The notes under the pieces were generated by a model that had not been told where the DNA came from, did not search any database, and saw only the letters and a program-made list of their open reading frames with translations. From contig CAVYZN010000023.1 of assembly GCA_963773065.1 (NCBI GenBank), positions 1 to 64,000 of the forward strand: a DNA stretch of 64,000 nucleotides, in the 5' to 3' direction. Origin of the DNA: an uncultured Gammaproteobacteria bacterium. Lineage in GTDB: Bacteria; Pseudomonadota; Gammaproteobacteria; UBA9214. The translations under genes were made by a program, and so were the position numbers. Position 1 is the stretch's first letter; each line of letters starts with the position of its first letter. Positions 1-9,414 of this stretch are shown piece by piece.

Positions 1-28
1 GCACGGGGCCGGTCAATCCCGGCAGCGC

Positions 29-439
29 TTACTCCGCGCGCACCTCGATCTTGCGCGGCCGCACTTCGGCGCGCTTGGGGATGCGCACGCTGAGCACGCC
101 GTCCTTGAGGCTTGCGTCGATCTCCCCGGTCTCCAGTTCACCGCTCAGGGTAAAGCTGCGCCGGTACCGGGTCGAACGCACATCCGCATACAGCGCCTCC
201 ATGCCCTCGGGCGTATCGATCAGGGCATCGCCCTCGACGAGCAGCATGTCCTTGTCGACCTCGATAGTGAGTCGGTCCCGGGACACCCCGGGCATGTCCG
301 CCATCAGGGTGATGCCGTCGGCATCTTCATAGATATCGACCGGCGGACGCAGCACCACTTCGGGCGCGCGCTCGCCTTGTTGCACCCCGGTGGATTCGGA
401 TGGCTTCACGTTCTTACTCTCGGTTGTTGTCTTTGCCAT
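29..439 (-). CDS. Hsp20/alpha-crystallin small heat shock protein
   Basis: PPVDIYE, ADMPGV, YRRSFTL, ASLKDGVLSVRIPK and C-terminal IxV motif (KIEV). Confidence 0.95.
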   Translation of the reverse strand: MAKTTTESKNVKPSESTGVQQGERAPEVVLRPPVDIYEDADGITLMADMPGVSRDRLTIEVDKDMLLVEGDALIDTPEGMEALYADVRSTRYRRSFTLSGELETGEIDASLKDGVLSVRIPKRAEVRPRKIEVRAE

Positions 440-529
440 GGCGCTATCTCCTTAAAACATTGATTCGACAAGTTCGCTATCCGGCGGCTCCGGTTGCGGA
501 GCCGCACTACAGGCGGCCAGCGCCGCCTG

Positions 530-973
530 TCACTTCACCTCGATCTGCCGCGGCTGCTTCGCCTCGCGCCGCTTGACGTGTATCTCCAACACCCCGTCAC
601 GGTAGCGTGCATCAACCCGCTCCGGATCGACATCGTCCGGCAGGGTGATCAGCCGGCGGAACGGGCCGTCGAAGCGCTCCTTGCGGTAGTAGTTCGCCTC
701 CTCCTTGACCGGCGCCTGGCGCTCCCCGGATACCGTCAACAGGTTCTGCTGCAGGGAAATATCCAGCGTCTTGGGATCCAGACCGGCCGCGAAGAGATAC
801 ACATCCACCTGTTCAGGCGTTGCGCCGACGTTGACCGGTGGATAGGTCCCCCGCGTTACGGAGCGAATCCCGGCCGGCATGGGCCAGAATCCGTAGAGTC
901 CCTCCATCTCATCCTGCAGGCGCCTGAACTCGTCGAACAGGCTGCCCCCGAAATTTGTCAGATGACTAATCAT
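530..973 (-). CDS. Hsp20/alpha-crystallin small heat shock protein
   Basis: YRKERFDGPFRRLITLP, ARYRDGVLEI, QIEVK; strong AGGAGG SD upstream. Confidence 0.95.
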   Translation of the reverse strand: MISHLTNFGGSLFDEFRRLQDEMEGLYGFWPMPAGIRSVTRGTYPPVNVGATPEQVDVYLFAAGLDPKTLDISLQQNLLTVSGERQAPVKEEANYYRKERFDGPFRRLITLPDDVDPERVDARYRDGVLEIHVKRREAKQPRQIEVK

Positions 974-1016
974 GTCAGCACCTCCTTTTAGGCCGATGAG
1001 TGTCTGTCAATTCCTG

Positions 1017-1044
1017 ATATTGGGCCGCTCGCGGCGGTTTCAAG
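1017..1044 (-). promoter_or_regulatory. Putative sigma32 (RpoH) promoter of the hsp20 pair
   Basis: Minus strand reads CTTGAAA-N13-CCCAATAT, close to the consensus CTTGAAA-N13/14-CCCCATNT, ~45 nt upstream of the hsp20 start. Confidence 0.7.
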
Positions 1045-1192
1045 TCCCCGCCTCAGATGCCGAGGCGTCTCGCGCCCATCGTTCCAGCGTCAGCGCGAGG
1101 TCTACCGGCAGGTTGCGGCATCACTGGAGGGCTAACCGCTGGTGATCCGCACACTCGACCTGGGCGGCTGTACCCGTAAACCGTGGGGTCAT

Positions 1193-2572
1193 TCAGTGCA
1201 TGACTTCCAGACGCTGCTCTTCGCCGGCGGGGCCGACGGTGTAGACGCGCACGGGGCGGCGCCACACCTTGTAGAGGTATTGCAGCACATGCTGGGCGCG
1301 GCGGGTGTCGAGGCCGCGGCCGTCATTCACGTGGTCGTGGCGCAGCACCAGGGTGCCGTCGTGGCGCAGCTCCTCGACGGTGATACGCGGGGCGCCGAAG
1401 TTGTACTTCGGCTGCAGGATGGCCTCCCGCAGCTCGCCGAGGTCGAACTCGGTGACGAGGACGCGACCCTGGCGGCTGCGCTGGTAGGTGAACAGGTTCA
1501 GCTCGCGCGCGAGTTCCAGGCTCAGATGGTTGCGGATGAAGCCGAAGTCGTCCTCCTCCGTCATGATGCGCCGCGCCGTCTCCATGCCGTGCTCCTCGGT
1601 CAGCAGCCGCCACATCTCGAAGCCGAGGTGGTAGGGATTGATCGATAGCGCCACCTGGCGCTCGCCGGCATAGGGACGGACCACGTCGGAGTGGGTCTTC
1701 ATCGCATCGATATAGAGCTCATCCGGGATGAAGTCGAGCTCGCGCAGCAACTGCGCATGCCAGAATGAGGCCCAGCCCTCGTTCATGATCTGGCAGTTAA
1801 ACACCGGCAGAAAATAAAACGCCTCCTCACGCACGGCGAGGAAGATGTCGCGTTCCCAGTCCTCCAGAGCCGGACCGTAGGTAGCGATGAACCAGAGCAG
1901 ATCGGCCTCGGGCTGCGGCGGCAGACGCCACTCGGCGGGGGTCTCCGGCATCACCGGCAGCGCCTGTTGCTCGCCCGGCAGGTGCCCGAAGCGGCGCTGA
2001 AAGGATCCGCCCTGCGCCGGCGCCTTGCGCTCGTCGCCGCGCCGGTACTTGCCGCGCGCGATCGGCTGGCCGGCATCGATGTGCTGCTCCAGCGCCAGGG
2101 CGGCGTCCAGCACGGCCTCCACCCGCTGGCGGCCGTGTGCGGCGATGGCCTCGTCGATGCGGTGGGCATGCGCCGCGGCCTGCTCGACGATGTGGTAGCC
2201 CGCCTCGCGCTGGCTGCGTATGAACAGCAGGTTGTTGTGCGAAAAGTCGGCGTGACCCAGCACGTGCGCCGCCACCAGCGAGTTTTCCGCCAGCGAGTTG
2301 ACGTCGACCAGATAGGCGCGGTTCGGCTTGCCGGGGAAGATGACCTCGAAGATCCGCGAGTGGCCCATGCGGTGCTGGATCATCTGGTAGATCCAGCGCA
2401 CACCGAAAGACCAGTGCGGCATGCGCACCGGCAGGCCGTAGACCGCCACCTCCATCATGAAACTGGGCGGCACCAGCTCAAAGTCCACCGGGTAGTAATC
2501 GAGCCCCAGCGCGCGCGCCGCCGCCTCGATCTGGGGGATGTAATCGCGCAGCAGCGCCTCCATGTCAGGCAT
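1193..2572 (-). CDS. SpoVR family protein
   Basis: YGLPVRMPHWSFG, AHVLGHADF, IMNEGWASFWH, NPYHLG motifs; follows a DUF444 gene. Confidence 0.92.
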   Translation of the reverse strand: MPDMEALLRDYIPQIEAAARALGLDYYPVDFELVPPSFMMEVAVYGLPVRMPHWSFGVRWIYQMIQHRMGHSRIFEVIFPGKPNRAYLVDVNSLAENSLVAAHVLGHADFSHNNLLFIRSQREAGYHIVEQAAAHAHRIDEAIAAHGRQRVEAVLDAALALEQHIDAGQPIARGKYRRGDERKAPAQGGSFQRRFGHLPGEQQALPVMPETPAEWRLPPQPEADLLWFIATYGPALEDWERDIFLAVREEAFYFLPVFNCQIMNEGWASFWHAQLLRELDFIPDELYIDAMKTHSDVVRPYAGERQVALSINPYHLGFEMWRLLTEEHGMETARRIMTEEDDFGFIRNHLSLELARELNLFTYQRSRQGRVLVTEFDLGELREAILQPKYNFGAPRITVEELRHDGTLVLRHDHVNDGRGLDTRRAQHVLQYLYKVWRRPVRVYTVGPAGEEQRLEVMH

Positions 2573-3731
2573 CCGCCGCCGTTTGGGACTGGAAGAAGGC
2601 CTTGATCGCCGGCCAGATGTCCGCTTCGTCGGTCACCGCGAAGCTGCCGACCGGCGCCTCCTGCCCCTCCATGGCGCGGAACAGGTTGCCCATCTCGGTG
2701 TCCAGGTGCTGGTTGTAGCCGCTGGACACCTCGAGGTAGCCGAAGAAGTTCATCTGCGGGGCGAGCGCCGCCAGCGCCGCGCGGACGGCCTCGCGGTCGT
2801 CCGGAAAATTGTCGCCGTCGCTGGCGTAGAACAGATAGCCATTGTAGCGGTCCAGGTCATAATGGTTCGCAACGATCTCGCGCACCAGCTTTATCGCCGA
2901 GGAGGCCTTGGTGCCGCCCTCGCCGCGCACCTCGAAAAACTGCGCCTCCTCGAACTCCCAGGCATCGACGGTATGGGCGATGAACACGGTGTCGATGTGC
3001 CGGAACCGGCGGCGGATGCCGTGCAGGACCCAGAAGAAGAAAGTCTTGGCGAGCTTGCGGCACTCGGCGTCCATGCTGGCCGAGGCGTCCAGCACGAAGA
3101 ACACGACCGCATCCACGGTCGGCCGCCTACGCTGCACCAGTTGGCGGAAACGCAGGTCCTCGTTGCTGAAGGCGGTAGCCGTCTCGCCCTGCACGGAGCG
3201 CCGCTTCACCGCCTCCTTGAGGGTGCGCCGCCGGTCCAGTCGCGCACGCGGCCCGCGCCGGTCCCAGCCCTCGCGCTCCAGCTCGTCCTGCTCCAGGTTG
3301 CTGCCGCGCCGCGGCTGCAGATTGGGCAGCTCGAGCTCTTCCCAGAGCCAGTCGAGGATGTCGTCGACATTGAACTCCAGAACGAAGCTGGGCCCGCCCT
3401 GCTCGTCGCCGCCCTGGCCGGCGGCGCGGCCTTCGGCGTCGGTGTGCGGCTCCAGCACATCGCCCGGCTTGGCCTGGCCCTGCCCGGCCCCGGTCTCCTG
3501 TGACTGTTCCAACAGACGGAAGCGGTGATGCTCCAGGAAGCGCACCGGCACCTGCACGGTGCGGTTCTCGGGCCTCGACAGCACGTCGGAGCGCGCCACC
3601 AGATCGGGCAGGGCCTCGCGTACGGCGTCGCGGATCTTCTGGTTGTGACGCAGCCAGTCACGGTTGCCGCGTGAGAACAGATCGTACCAGCGGCGTTCCT
3701 GATCGCCCGGACCGCCTTCGGAATGCGGCAT
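2565..3731 (-). CDS. DUF444/YeaH/YhbH family vWA-like protein
   Basis: EDLRFR, VVFFVLDASASM, FIAH, GGTKASSA, ASDGDN; lies between prkA and spoVR. Confidence 0.92.
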   Translation of the reverse strand: MPHSEGGPGDQERRWYDLFSRGNRDWLRHNQKIRDAVREALPDLVARSDVLSRPENRTVQVPVRFLEHHRFRLLEQSQETGAGQGQAKPGDVLEPHTDAEGRAAGQGGDEQGGPSFVLEFNVDDILDWLWEELELPNLQPRRGSNLEQDELEREGWDRRGPRARLDRRRTLKEAVKRRSVQGETATAFSNEDLRFRQLVQRRRPTVDAVVFFVLDASASMDAECRKLAKTFFFWVLHGIRRRFRHIDTVFIAHTVDAWEFEEAQFFEVRGEGGTKASSAIKLVREIVANHYDLDRYNGYLFYASDGDNFPDDREAVRAALAALAPQMNFFGYLEVSSGYNQHLDTEMGNLFRAMEGQEAPVGSFAVTDEADIWPAIKAFFQSQTAADA

Positions 3732-3748
3732 TAGGGACCTCCCCGCCC

Positions 3749-5689
3749 CTACTCCTGCGACAGCAGGGTGGTGACGTAATTGAGCGCCTCGCGCGCGCTG
3801 TGGCTGTCGTAACCATAGTCCTCGACCAGGCGCTGCTCGACCGCCGCGATCTTCTCGCGCGTGTCGTCGTCGGGCCGCGCCTTGGAGGTCACCAGGCGCA
3901 GCACGTCGCGGCGCTCCTCGAACAGATACTGATCCACCGCTTCCTTGAGTCGGCTGTGGCGGTCGAGCGTGAACTTTTCGCCTTTCTTGTAAGCGACCAT
4001 GGCCTTACGCACGACCTCCTGGCGGAAGCTGGCCTTGCCGGCGTCGGAGATATGGATCTTCTCCTCCACCGAGCGCAGGAAACGCTCGTCGGGGCGACGC
4101 GACTCGCCGGTGATGGGGTCGGTGATCTCGCGCTGATCGAGCGCCGCCTCCACCTCGTCCAGATACTTGTCCAGCAGCTCCTGCGCCTCCTCCGCGAACG
4201 AGGCGAACAGCGCCTTGTGCACGTCCTCCTTGACCCACTGGTTGTAGAAGTCCTTGCGCACGCCGACCAGCAAGTCAACCCATTCGCGCTTCTGCCTGGC
4301 CTCGATGCGGGCGTCGCTCTCGATGGCGTCCTTGAGCGTGATCAGCACCTCCATGCTGGTCAGGCTCTGGACTTCGCTGCGCGAGATGGCGTTCGACAGC
4401 GCGTTGATGACGAAGCGCGGACTGATGCCCGCCAGTCCCTCGTCGGGGGAGGCGGCGCGGATGCGCTCGACGTCGGCCTCGGTAAAGCCCTCCACGTCAT
4501 GACCCGCGTACAGGCGCGCCTTTTTGGGGAGATCCAGCCCTTCACGCTCGGACGGCTCCAGCCGGCTCAACACGGCGAACACCGCGGCGAGGTCCAGGGC
4601 GTGCGGGTCCAGGTGCACCTCGCGGAAGGCCGGCGCGGAGGCGATCAGCTTGCGGTAGATGCGCGCCTCGTCCTTGTAGGACAGGGTGTAGGGCACCTTG
4701 ACGATGACCATGCGGTCGAGCAGCGCCTCGTTCTCCTTCTCCTGCAGGAACTTGCGGAACTCGGCCAGGTTGGTGTGGGCGATGATCGTCTCGTCGAGAT
4801 AGATCAGCGGGAAGCGCGAGACCTTGACGTTTTTCTCCTGGGTCAGCGTCAGCAGCAGGTACAGAAACTCGCGTTTGACCTTCAGTATCTCGATCATCTC
4901 CAGCACGCCGCGGCTGGCCGCGTAGACCGCACCCGACCAGGACCAGGCGCGCGGATCACCCTCGTCGCCGTACTCGGAGACCTTGGACAGATCCACCGAG
5001 CCGATCAGGTCTGCCAGGTCCGCGGTGGTCGGGTCGTGCGGCGCGTAGGTGCCGACGCCGACGCGCGCGGCCTCGGAGATGAAGATGCGCTCCACCGGCA
5101 GGCGCATGAAGTCGTGTTCGAACTGGTTCTCAAGCCGCGACTGGCACAGCGGACACAGTTGGCCGGTGACCTCGAAACCGTAGGTCTCGCGGAAGCCGGC
5201 GCGCAGGGTGCGCGGGATCAGGTGCAGCGGATTCTCGTGCAGCGGACACCCCTGGATACCGTAGAGCGCGCCCTCCTCGCTATGGCTGTACTCGGCCAGA
5301 CCTTGCTTGAGCAGGATGACCAGCGTCGACTTGCCGCCTGAGGGCGGTCCCAGCAACAGCAGCAGGCGGCGTCCAACCTCGGAGCCGGCACTGGCGGCCT
5401 TGAAGTAGTCGACCACGCGACGCAGCGGCTCGTCCATGCCGTAGAGTTCGTGGGAGAAGAGGCGGAACTCGCGGCTCTCCCCGCCATCCTCACTCCGGTC
5501 TTCCTGGCGCCAGCGCAGCATATCCCACAGATACTGATGGCTGCCGCGAGTCAACCGTGCGGGATCGCGCGTGACGATCTCCCGGAGAAAGGCTTCAAAG
5601 AGACCCTCCCAATGGCGGGCCCGGTGTTTTTTCGTGAATGCCGTCAGAGAGTCGAGAAAACTCTGACGCGTCTCGTCATGCTCGGACAT
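3749..5689 (-). CDS. prkA: PrkA/YeaG family AAA serine protein kinase
   Basis: Walker A GPPSGGKST, GDEGDPRAW, NEALLDR, VPYTL, GISPRF; likely start MSEHDE at 5689. Confidence 0.93.
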   Translation of the reverse strand: MSEHDETRQSFLDSLTAFTKKHRARHWEGLFEAFLREIVTRDPARLTRGSHQYLWDMLRWRQEDRSEDGGESREFRLFSHELYGMDEPLRRVVDYFKAASAGSEVGRRLLLLLGPPSGGKSTLVILLKQGLAEYSHSEEGALYGIQGCPLHENPLHLIPRTLRAGFRETYGFEVTGQLCPLCQSRLENQFEHDFMRLPVERIFISEAARVGVGTYAPHDPTTADLADLIGSVDLSKVSEYGDEGDPRAWSWSGAVYAASRGVLEMIEILKVKREFLYLLLTLTQEKNVKVSRFPLIYLDETIIAHTNLAEFRKFLQEKENEALLDRMVIVKVPYTLSYKDEARIYRKLIASAPAFREVHLDPHALDLAAVFAVLSRLEPSEREGLDLPKKARLYAGHDVEGFTEADVERIRAASPDEGLAGISPRFVINALSNAISRSEVQSLTSMEVLITLKDAIESDARIEARQKREWVDLLVGVRKDFYNQWVKEDVHKALFASFAEEAQELLDKYLDEVEAALDQREITDPITGESRRPDERFLRSVEEKIHISDAGKASFRQEVVRKAMVAYKKGEKFTLDRHSRLKEAVDQYLFEERRDVLRLVTSKARPDDDTREKIAAVEQRLVEDYGYDSHSAREALNYVTTLLSQE

Positions 5690-5757
5690 ACAACACCCCC
5701 TGTTGTATTGCAGCGGGAACAGGGACGTGATCATTCAGGTCACGAGTGGCACAACCC

Positions 5758-5773
5758 CCTTGATATATCAAGG
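5758..5773. promoter_or_regulatory. Perfect 16-bp palindrome CCTTGATATATCAAGG, possible operator
   Basis: Perfect dyad in the AT-rich divergent intergenic region ~70 bp upstream of prkA; TTGAT half-sites are FNR-like but the spacing is shorter than an FNR box. Confidence 0.35.
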
Positions 5774-5957
5774 ATAGATCACGCTGCGCGGAAATGGTTC
5801 ACTGGGACCGAGCTATTGCAAATCTGCGAACCACACCATTGAAATCAAGGAGATAAATAGTATCGATTCAAGCAAACTATCATTGCATGGCGGCAGACAC
5901 CGGTGGCGCTGCGCGCCTCGTCTAGTGGCGTCTCGCGTACGCTGTTATAGTCGCGCC

Positions 5958-7161
5958 ATGCGTAAACGCAGCGCAGGATTACTGGTTGTGGCTTTGATTA
6001 CGGCGTGGGGTCTGGGCTGGTATTCGCGCGATCGCTGGGTGTCCGAACCGCTGGTATCCCGCGTACCGGCAAGGATAATGCCGTCACCGCCGGCTGTCAT
6101 CCCGAAGTCTGCTGACAATGTCGCCGCGGCACGGCCGGAGCGCAACGACGCTATCCGGCAACTGCTGGAAAGCAAGGCATTTGCGCGCGCCATGGAACGT
6201 TACGAGGCACTGCAGGCGCAGGCGGATGATGCAGCCGTACAGCGCGCCAGAGTCCAGCTACTGACGCACGCCCGCCGACTGATTGCGCAAGCGGACTACC
6301 GGTCGGCGATACAGTTGTTGCAACTTTACCTGCAGGTCGACTACCGCGATGTGGAGTCGCGCATGCTGCTGGCGGATGCCTATCGTGGCGAGAAAGACAT
6401 GCGCGCCGCGATCGCGCAGCTCTACGAGGCGAAAGGACAGGCCTGGCGCCCGGAGACATTGGAGGAGCTGACCCGGCGCATTCGCGCAGTGGTGGTGGAT
6501 TATGCGGATAGCCCTGAAGCGAAGCGGCAATAACGCCGGTCTACTGGAGCTTTACCAGGATCTCACCCAGCTCGAACCGAGCTATGCGCCGTATTTCATC
6601 GGTCTCGCCACGGCGCAACTGGCGCTCGCCGATAACGACGCCGCGCGTCAATCGTTGCTGCTGGTGGCGCAGGACCCGGAGGTCGGCGCCCAGGCGCGGG
6701 AGTTGCTCGAGCGTGCGCGTGTAGGCGCGACCGAACCGCAGCAGTCGGAAACGTCTGCGCCTGCGACCGAGGTCGCTGGTATACCGTTATTGCGCAGCGG
6801 CAACCATTTCCTGGTCGATGCCAGCCTGGGCTCGCAGCAGGCGCGCCTGCTCATCGACACCGGCGCCAGCCTGACCATGCTCACGCCTGCCACGCTGAAA
6901 CGCCGTGGCGTCGCCGCCCAGGCCACCGGCAGAACCGGCATCTTCAACACGGCCAACGGCCGCATCAGTGCGCCAATCTACCGCCTCGACTCGTTGTCGG
7001 TCGGTGACTGGCAGATCAGCAACCTCGACGTCGGCGTTCTCGAACTGGATGATCCGCAGTTCGACGGCCTGTTGGGCATGAACTTCCTGGGACATTTCCA
7101 GTTCTTCATCGACCAGAACGAGGCGCTGCTGCGGCTGTCGAACGGTGCGCAACCGGATTAA
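5958..7161 (+). CDS. Membrane-anchored TPR-like protein with C-terminal retropepsin-like aspartyl protease (one frameshift near 6510)
   Basis: N-terminal hydrophobic helix, helical repeats, then LLIDTGAS, TANG and GLLGMNFL; ORFs 5883..6533 and 6502..7161 join. Confidence 0.8.
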
Positions 7162-7183
7162 CACCGGGTTTCAGCCACATTGA

Positions 7184-7229
7184 GGATGGGGCTATCGGCC
7201 CCTTTCTTCATGGATGGCGGAGAGGGAGG
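7184..7229 (-). repeat. Third partial copy of the tRNA-Ser 3' end plus terminator-like hairpin (tRNA-linked repeat)
   Basis: tggatggcggagagggagg at 7211-7229 is identical to the 3' ends of both tRNAs and is preceded by a GGGGC..GCCCC hairpin, as in the other two units. Confidence 0.75.
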
Positions 7230-7365
7230 CCGCTCCTGCGCATCCTGCGCCCGCGGCATTTGTACATCCCTGTACATCAGGATAATTCAGGTTGCGCGGC
7301 TGCGCCGCTGGTCGAACCGGCCAATTGATTATCGAGGGCTCGAATCCATCATCACAATCCAAAGA

Positions 7366-7389
7366 AAAAGGGGCGCAAGGCCCCTTTGT
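7366..7389 (-). terminator. Intrinsic terminator after tRNA-Ser(GGA)
   Basis: AAAAGGGGC-GCAAG-GCCCCTTT hairpin with U-tract on the minus strand. Confidence 0.7.
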
Positions 7390-7396
7390 CATTGGA

Positions 7397-7487
7397 TGGC
7401 GGAGAGGGAGGGATTCGAACCCTCGATACGGGATTACCGTATACACACTTTCCAGGCGTGCTCCTTCAACCACTCGGACACCTCTCC
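7397..7487 (-). tRNA. tRNA-Ser (anticodon GGA)
   Basis: Reverse complement GGAGAGGTGTCCGAGTGG...CCTGGAAAG...long variable arm...GGTTCGAATCCC...TCTCCGCCA. Confidence 0.96.
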
Positions 7488-7586
7488 CAATTCTTGTCTA
7501 TTCGACACCGTGCTTGAATACACCGGTCGGGATGACTCGGGCCTGCGGCCCTCGCCCCTGCGGGGCCGCCGCCTGACGGCGGCGTT

Positions 7587-7638
7587 CTCGGCAATTGCTC
7601 CCTGCATTGCACTACCTCCTGCATCCCTGCAGTCGTGC
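7587..7638 (-). repeat. GGA-hairpin repeat module
   Basis: Reverse complement GCACGACTGCAGGGATGCAGGAGGTAGTGCAATGCAGGGAGCAATTGCCGAG nearly matches 33617-33667 and resembles 25747-25795. Confidence 0.8.
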
Positions 7639-7706
7639 GCGGCTGCACCGCTGGTCGAACCCGGCTATCCTAATATCGAGGTTTCGAATCCATCATCACA
7701 ATTTAT

Positions 7707-7735
7707 AAAGGAAAGGGCCGTTGGCCCCTTTCCTT
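7707..7735 (-). terminator. Intrinsic terminator after tRNA-Ser(CGA)
   Basis: AAGGAAAGGG...CCCTTTCCTT inverted repeat directly downstream of the CCA end. Confidence 0.65.
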
Positions 7736-7740
7736 ATGGA

Positions 7741-7833
7741 TGGCGGAGAGGGAGGGATTCGAACCCTCGTAGGGCGGTAAAGCCCTCAACCGATTTCGAG
7801 TCGGTGCCGTTGTGACCACTTCGGTACCTCTCC
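7741..7833 (-). tRNA. tRNA-Ser (anticodon CGA)
   Basis: Reverse complement GGAGAGGTACCGAAGTGG...ACTCGAAAT...long variable arm...GGTTCGAATCCC...CCGCCA. Confidence 0.96.
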
Positions 7834-7971
7834 GGAATTTTCAATATTGTGATGAACAGCCCTGCGGCGAAAACCGGCCGGTGCAGTATGATACTCACCT
7901 TAATACCCTGAAGAAATAAACGATGTTAGCCGCAATACTTGATAATGGCGCTAAACAAACCAAGGGCACGT

Positions 7972-9414
7972 ATGATACCAGCCACGCAAGCGACGTATTC
8001 TATCGCAAGCCGGGTGAGCGGCACCATGGCCGGAAGTTTTTTATTCGCGCTCTGTTGCCTGTTGATTGCCGCTTGTGAAAAGACGCCCCTGCTGGATCAG
8101 ATCAAGGCACGGAATGAGCTCGTTGTTCTGACCCGCAACAGCCCCACTACGTATTACGAGGGCATCGATGGACCTACCGGTTTCGAGTATGACCTGGCGA
8201 GCCGGTTCGCGCAGTACCTGGGTGTCGAACTGCGGATGGTGGTCCCGCCGAACTCGAACGATATCCTGCCTCTGGTCGTGCGCGGCGATGCGCACCTTGC
8301 CGCCGCCGGTCTTACGATAACCGACACGCGCAAGGAAATCGTCCGCTTCGGGCCCGTCTACCAGAAGATCACGCCCGAGCTTGTTTATCGCAGCGGAACC
8401 CCGTGTCCCAAAAGCCTGGCCGATGTCAAGGGACAGATCGACGTGGTCGCCGGCAGCAGCCATGCGGAGCGCCTGGTCGCACTGAAGGAGAAATATCCCA
8501 ACCTGACCTGGCAGGAAAATGAGGGGGTGGAAAGCGAGGAGCTGCTCTACCTGGTCTGGCAGGAGCTCTATGACTACACCATCGTCGATTCCAATGAACT
8601 GATCATCAACCGCCGCTACTATCCCGAACTCCAACCCGCCTTCGCCATCAGTCAACCGAAATCACTGGCCTGGGCGTTCGCCCGTTCGGAGGATGACAGC
8701 CTATACAACGCGGCGGTGGACTTTTTCAAGAAAATAAGGAAGGACGGCACCCTGGACCAACTGATCGAACGTTATTATGGACATATTGGGAAATTCGACT
8801 ATGTCGGCACACGTCGCTACCAGGCGGACATCGAACAGCGCCTGCCCGACTACCGCGAGATATTCGAGCAGGCCGCACAGGAGTTCAGCATAGATTGGCG
8901 CCTGCTTGCCGCCATCGGCTACCAGGAGTCGCACTGGAACCCGGAAGCGGTCTCACCCACGGGTGTGCGCGGCCTGATGATGCTGACCCGCGAAGCGGCC
9001 ACGGAACTGGAAATCGACGACCTGGCGGACCCGGTACAGAGTATTCAGGGCGGCAGCGAATACCTGCATCGCATGCTGCAGAAGATTCCCGAAAGGATTG
9101 CGGAACCGGACCGGACCTGGCTCGGACTGGCGGCCTACAATATCGGCCTCGGGCATCTGGAAGATGCCCGTATTCTTACCCAGAAAAACGGCGGCGACGC
9201 CGACAAGTGGGTGGATGTGAAAAAGAACCTGCCGCTCCTCGGCAAGGAAAAATGGTTCCAGCAAACGCGCTATGGCTACGCACGGGGACGTGAACCGGTG
9301 CGCTTTGTGGAAAACATCCGTACTTACTACGACATCCTGATCTGGTTCACGGACCGGGAAGCGGTTAAAGAGGAGACACCCAAACCGCTGTTGCTGGACA
9401 CCCCTATCCTCTAG
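7972..9414 (+). CDS. mltF: Membrane-bound lytic murein transglycosylase F
   Basis: SBP domain (NSPTTYY, GFEYDLA) plus SLT domain (YQESHW, GLMMLT, AAYNIG, YGYARG); start uncertain (7972 or 8026). Confidence 0.93.
   Translation: MIPATQATYSIASRVSGTMAGSFLFALCCLLIAACEKTPLLDQIKARNELVVLTRNSPTTYYEGIDGPTGFEYDLASRFAQYLGVELRMVVPPNSNDILPLVVRGDAHLAAAGLTITDTRKEIVRFGPVYQKITPELVYRSGTPCPKSLADVKGQIDVVAGSSHAERLVALKEKYPNLTWQENEGVESEELLYLVWQELYDYTIVDSNELIINRRYYPELQPAFAISQPKSLAWAFARSEDDSLYNAAVDFFKKIRKDGTLDQLIERYYGHIGKFDYVGTRRYQADIEQRLPDYREIFEQAAQEFSIDWRLLAAIGYQESHWNPEAVSPTGVRGLMMLTREAATELEIDDLADPVQSIQGGSEYLHRMLQKIPERIAEPDRTWLGLAAYNIGLGHLEDARILTQKNGGDADKWVDVKKNLPLLGKEKWFQQTRYGYARGREPVRFVENIRTYYDILIWFTDREAVKEETPKPLLLDTPIL

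Noticed and set aside
5817-5833. Possible sigma54 promoter for prkA (TGGTTC...TTTGCA on the minus strand)
   Set aside because: The GG-GC spacing is 11 nt instead of the required 10 and the -24 box is poor.
7211-7229. tRNA-Ser 3' duplicate as the att site of an integrated element
   Set aside because: It lies only ~170 bp from the tRNA, belongs to the repeated terminator unit, and no integrase is nearby.
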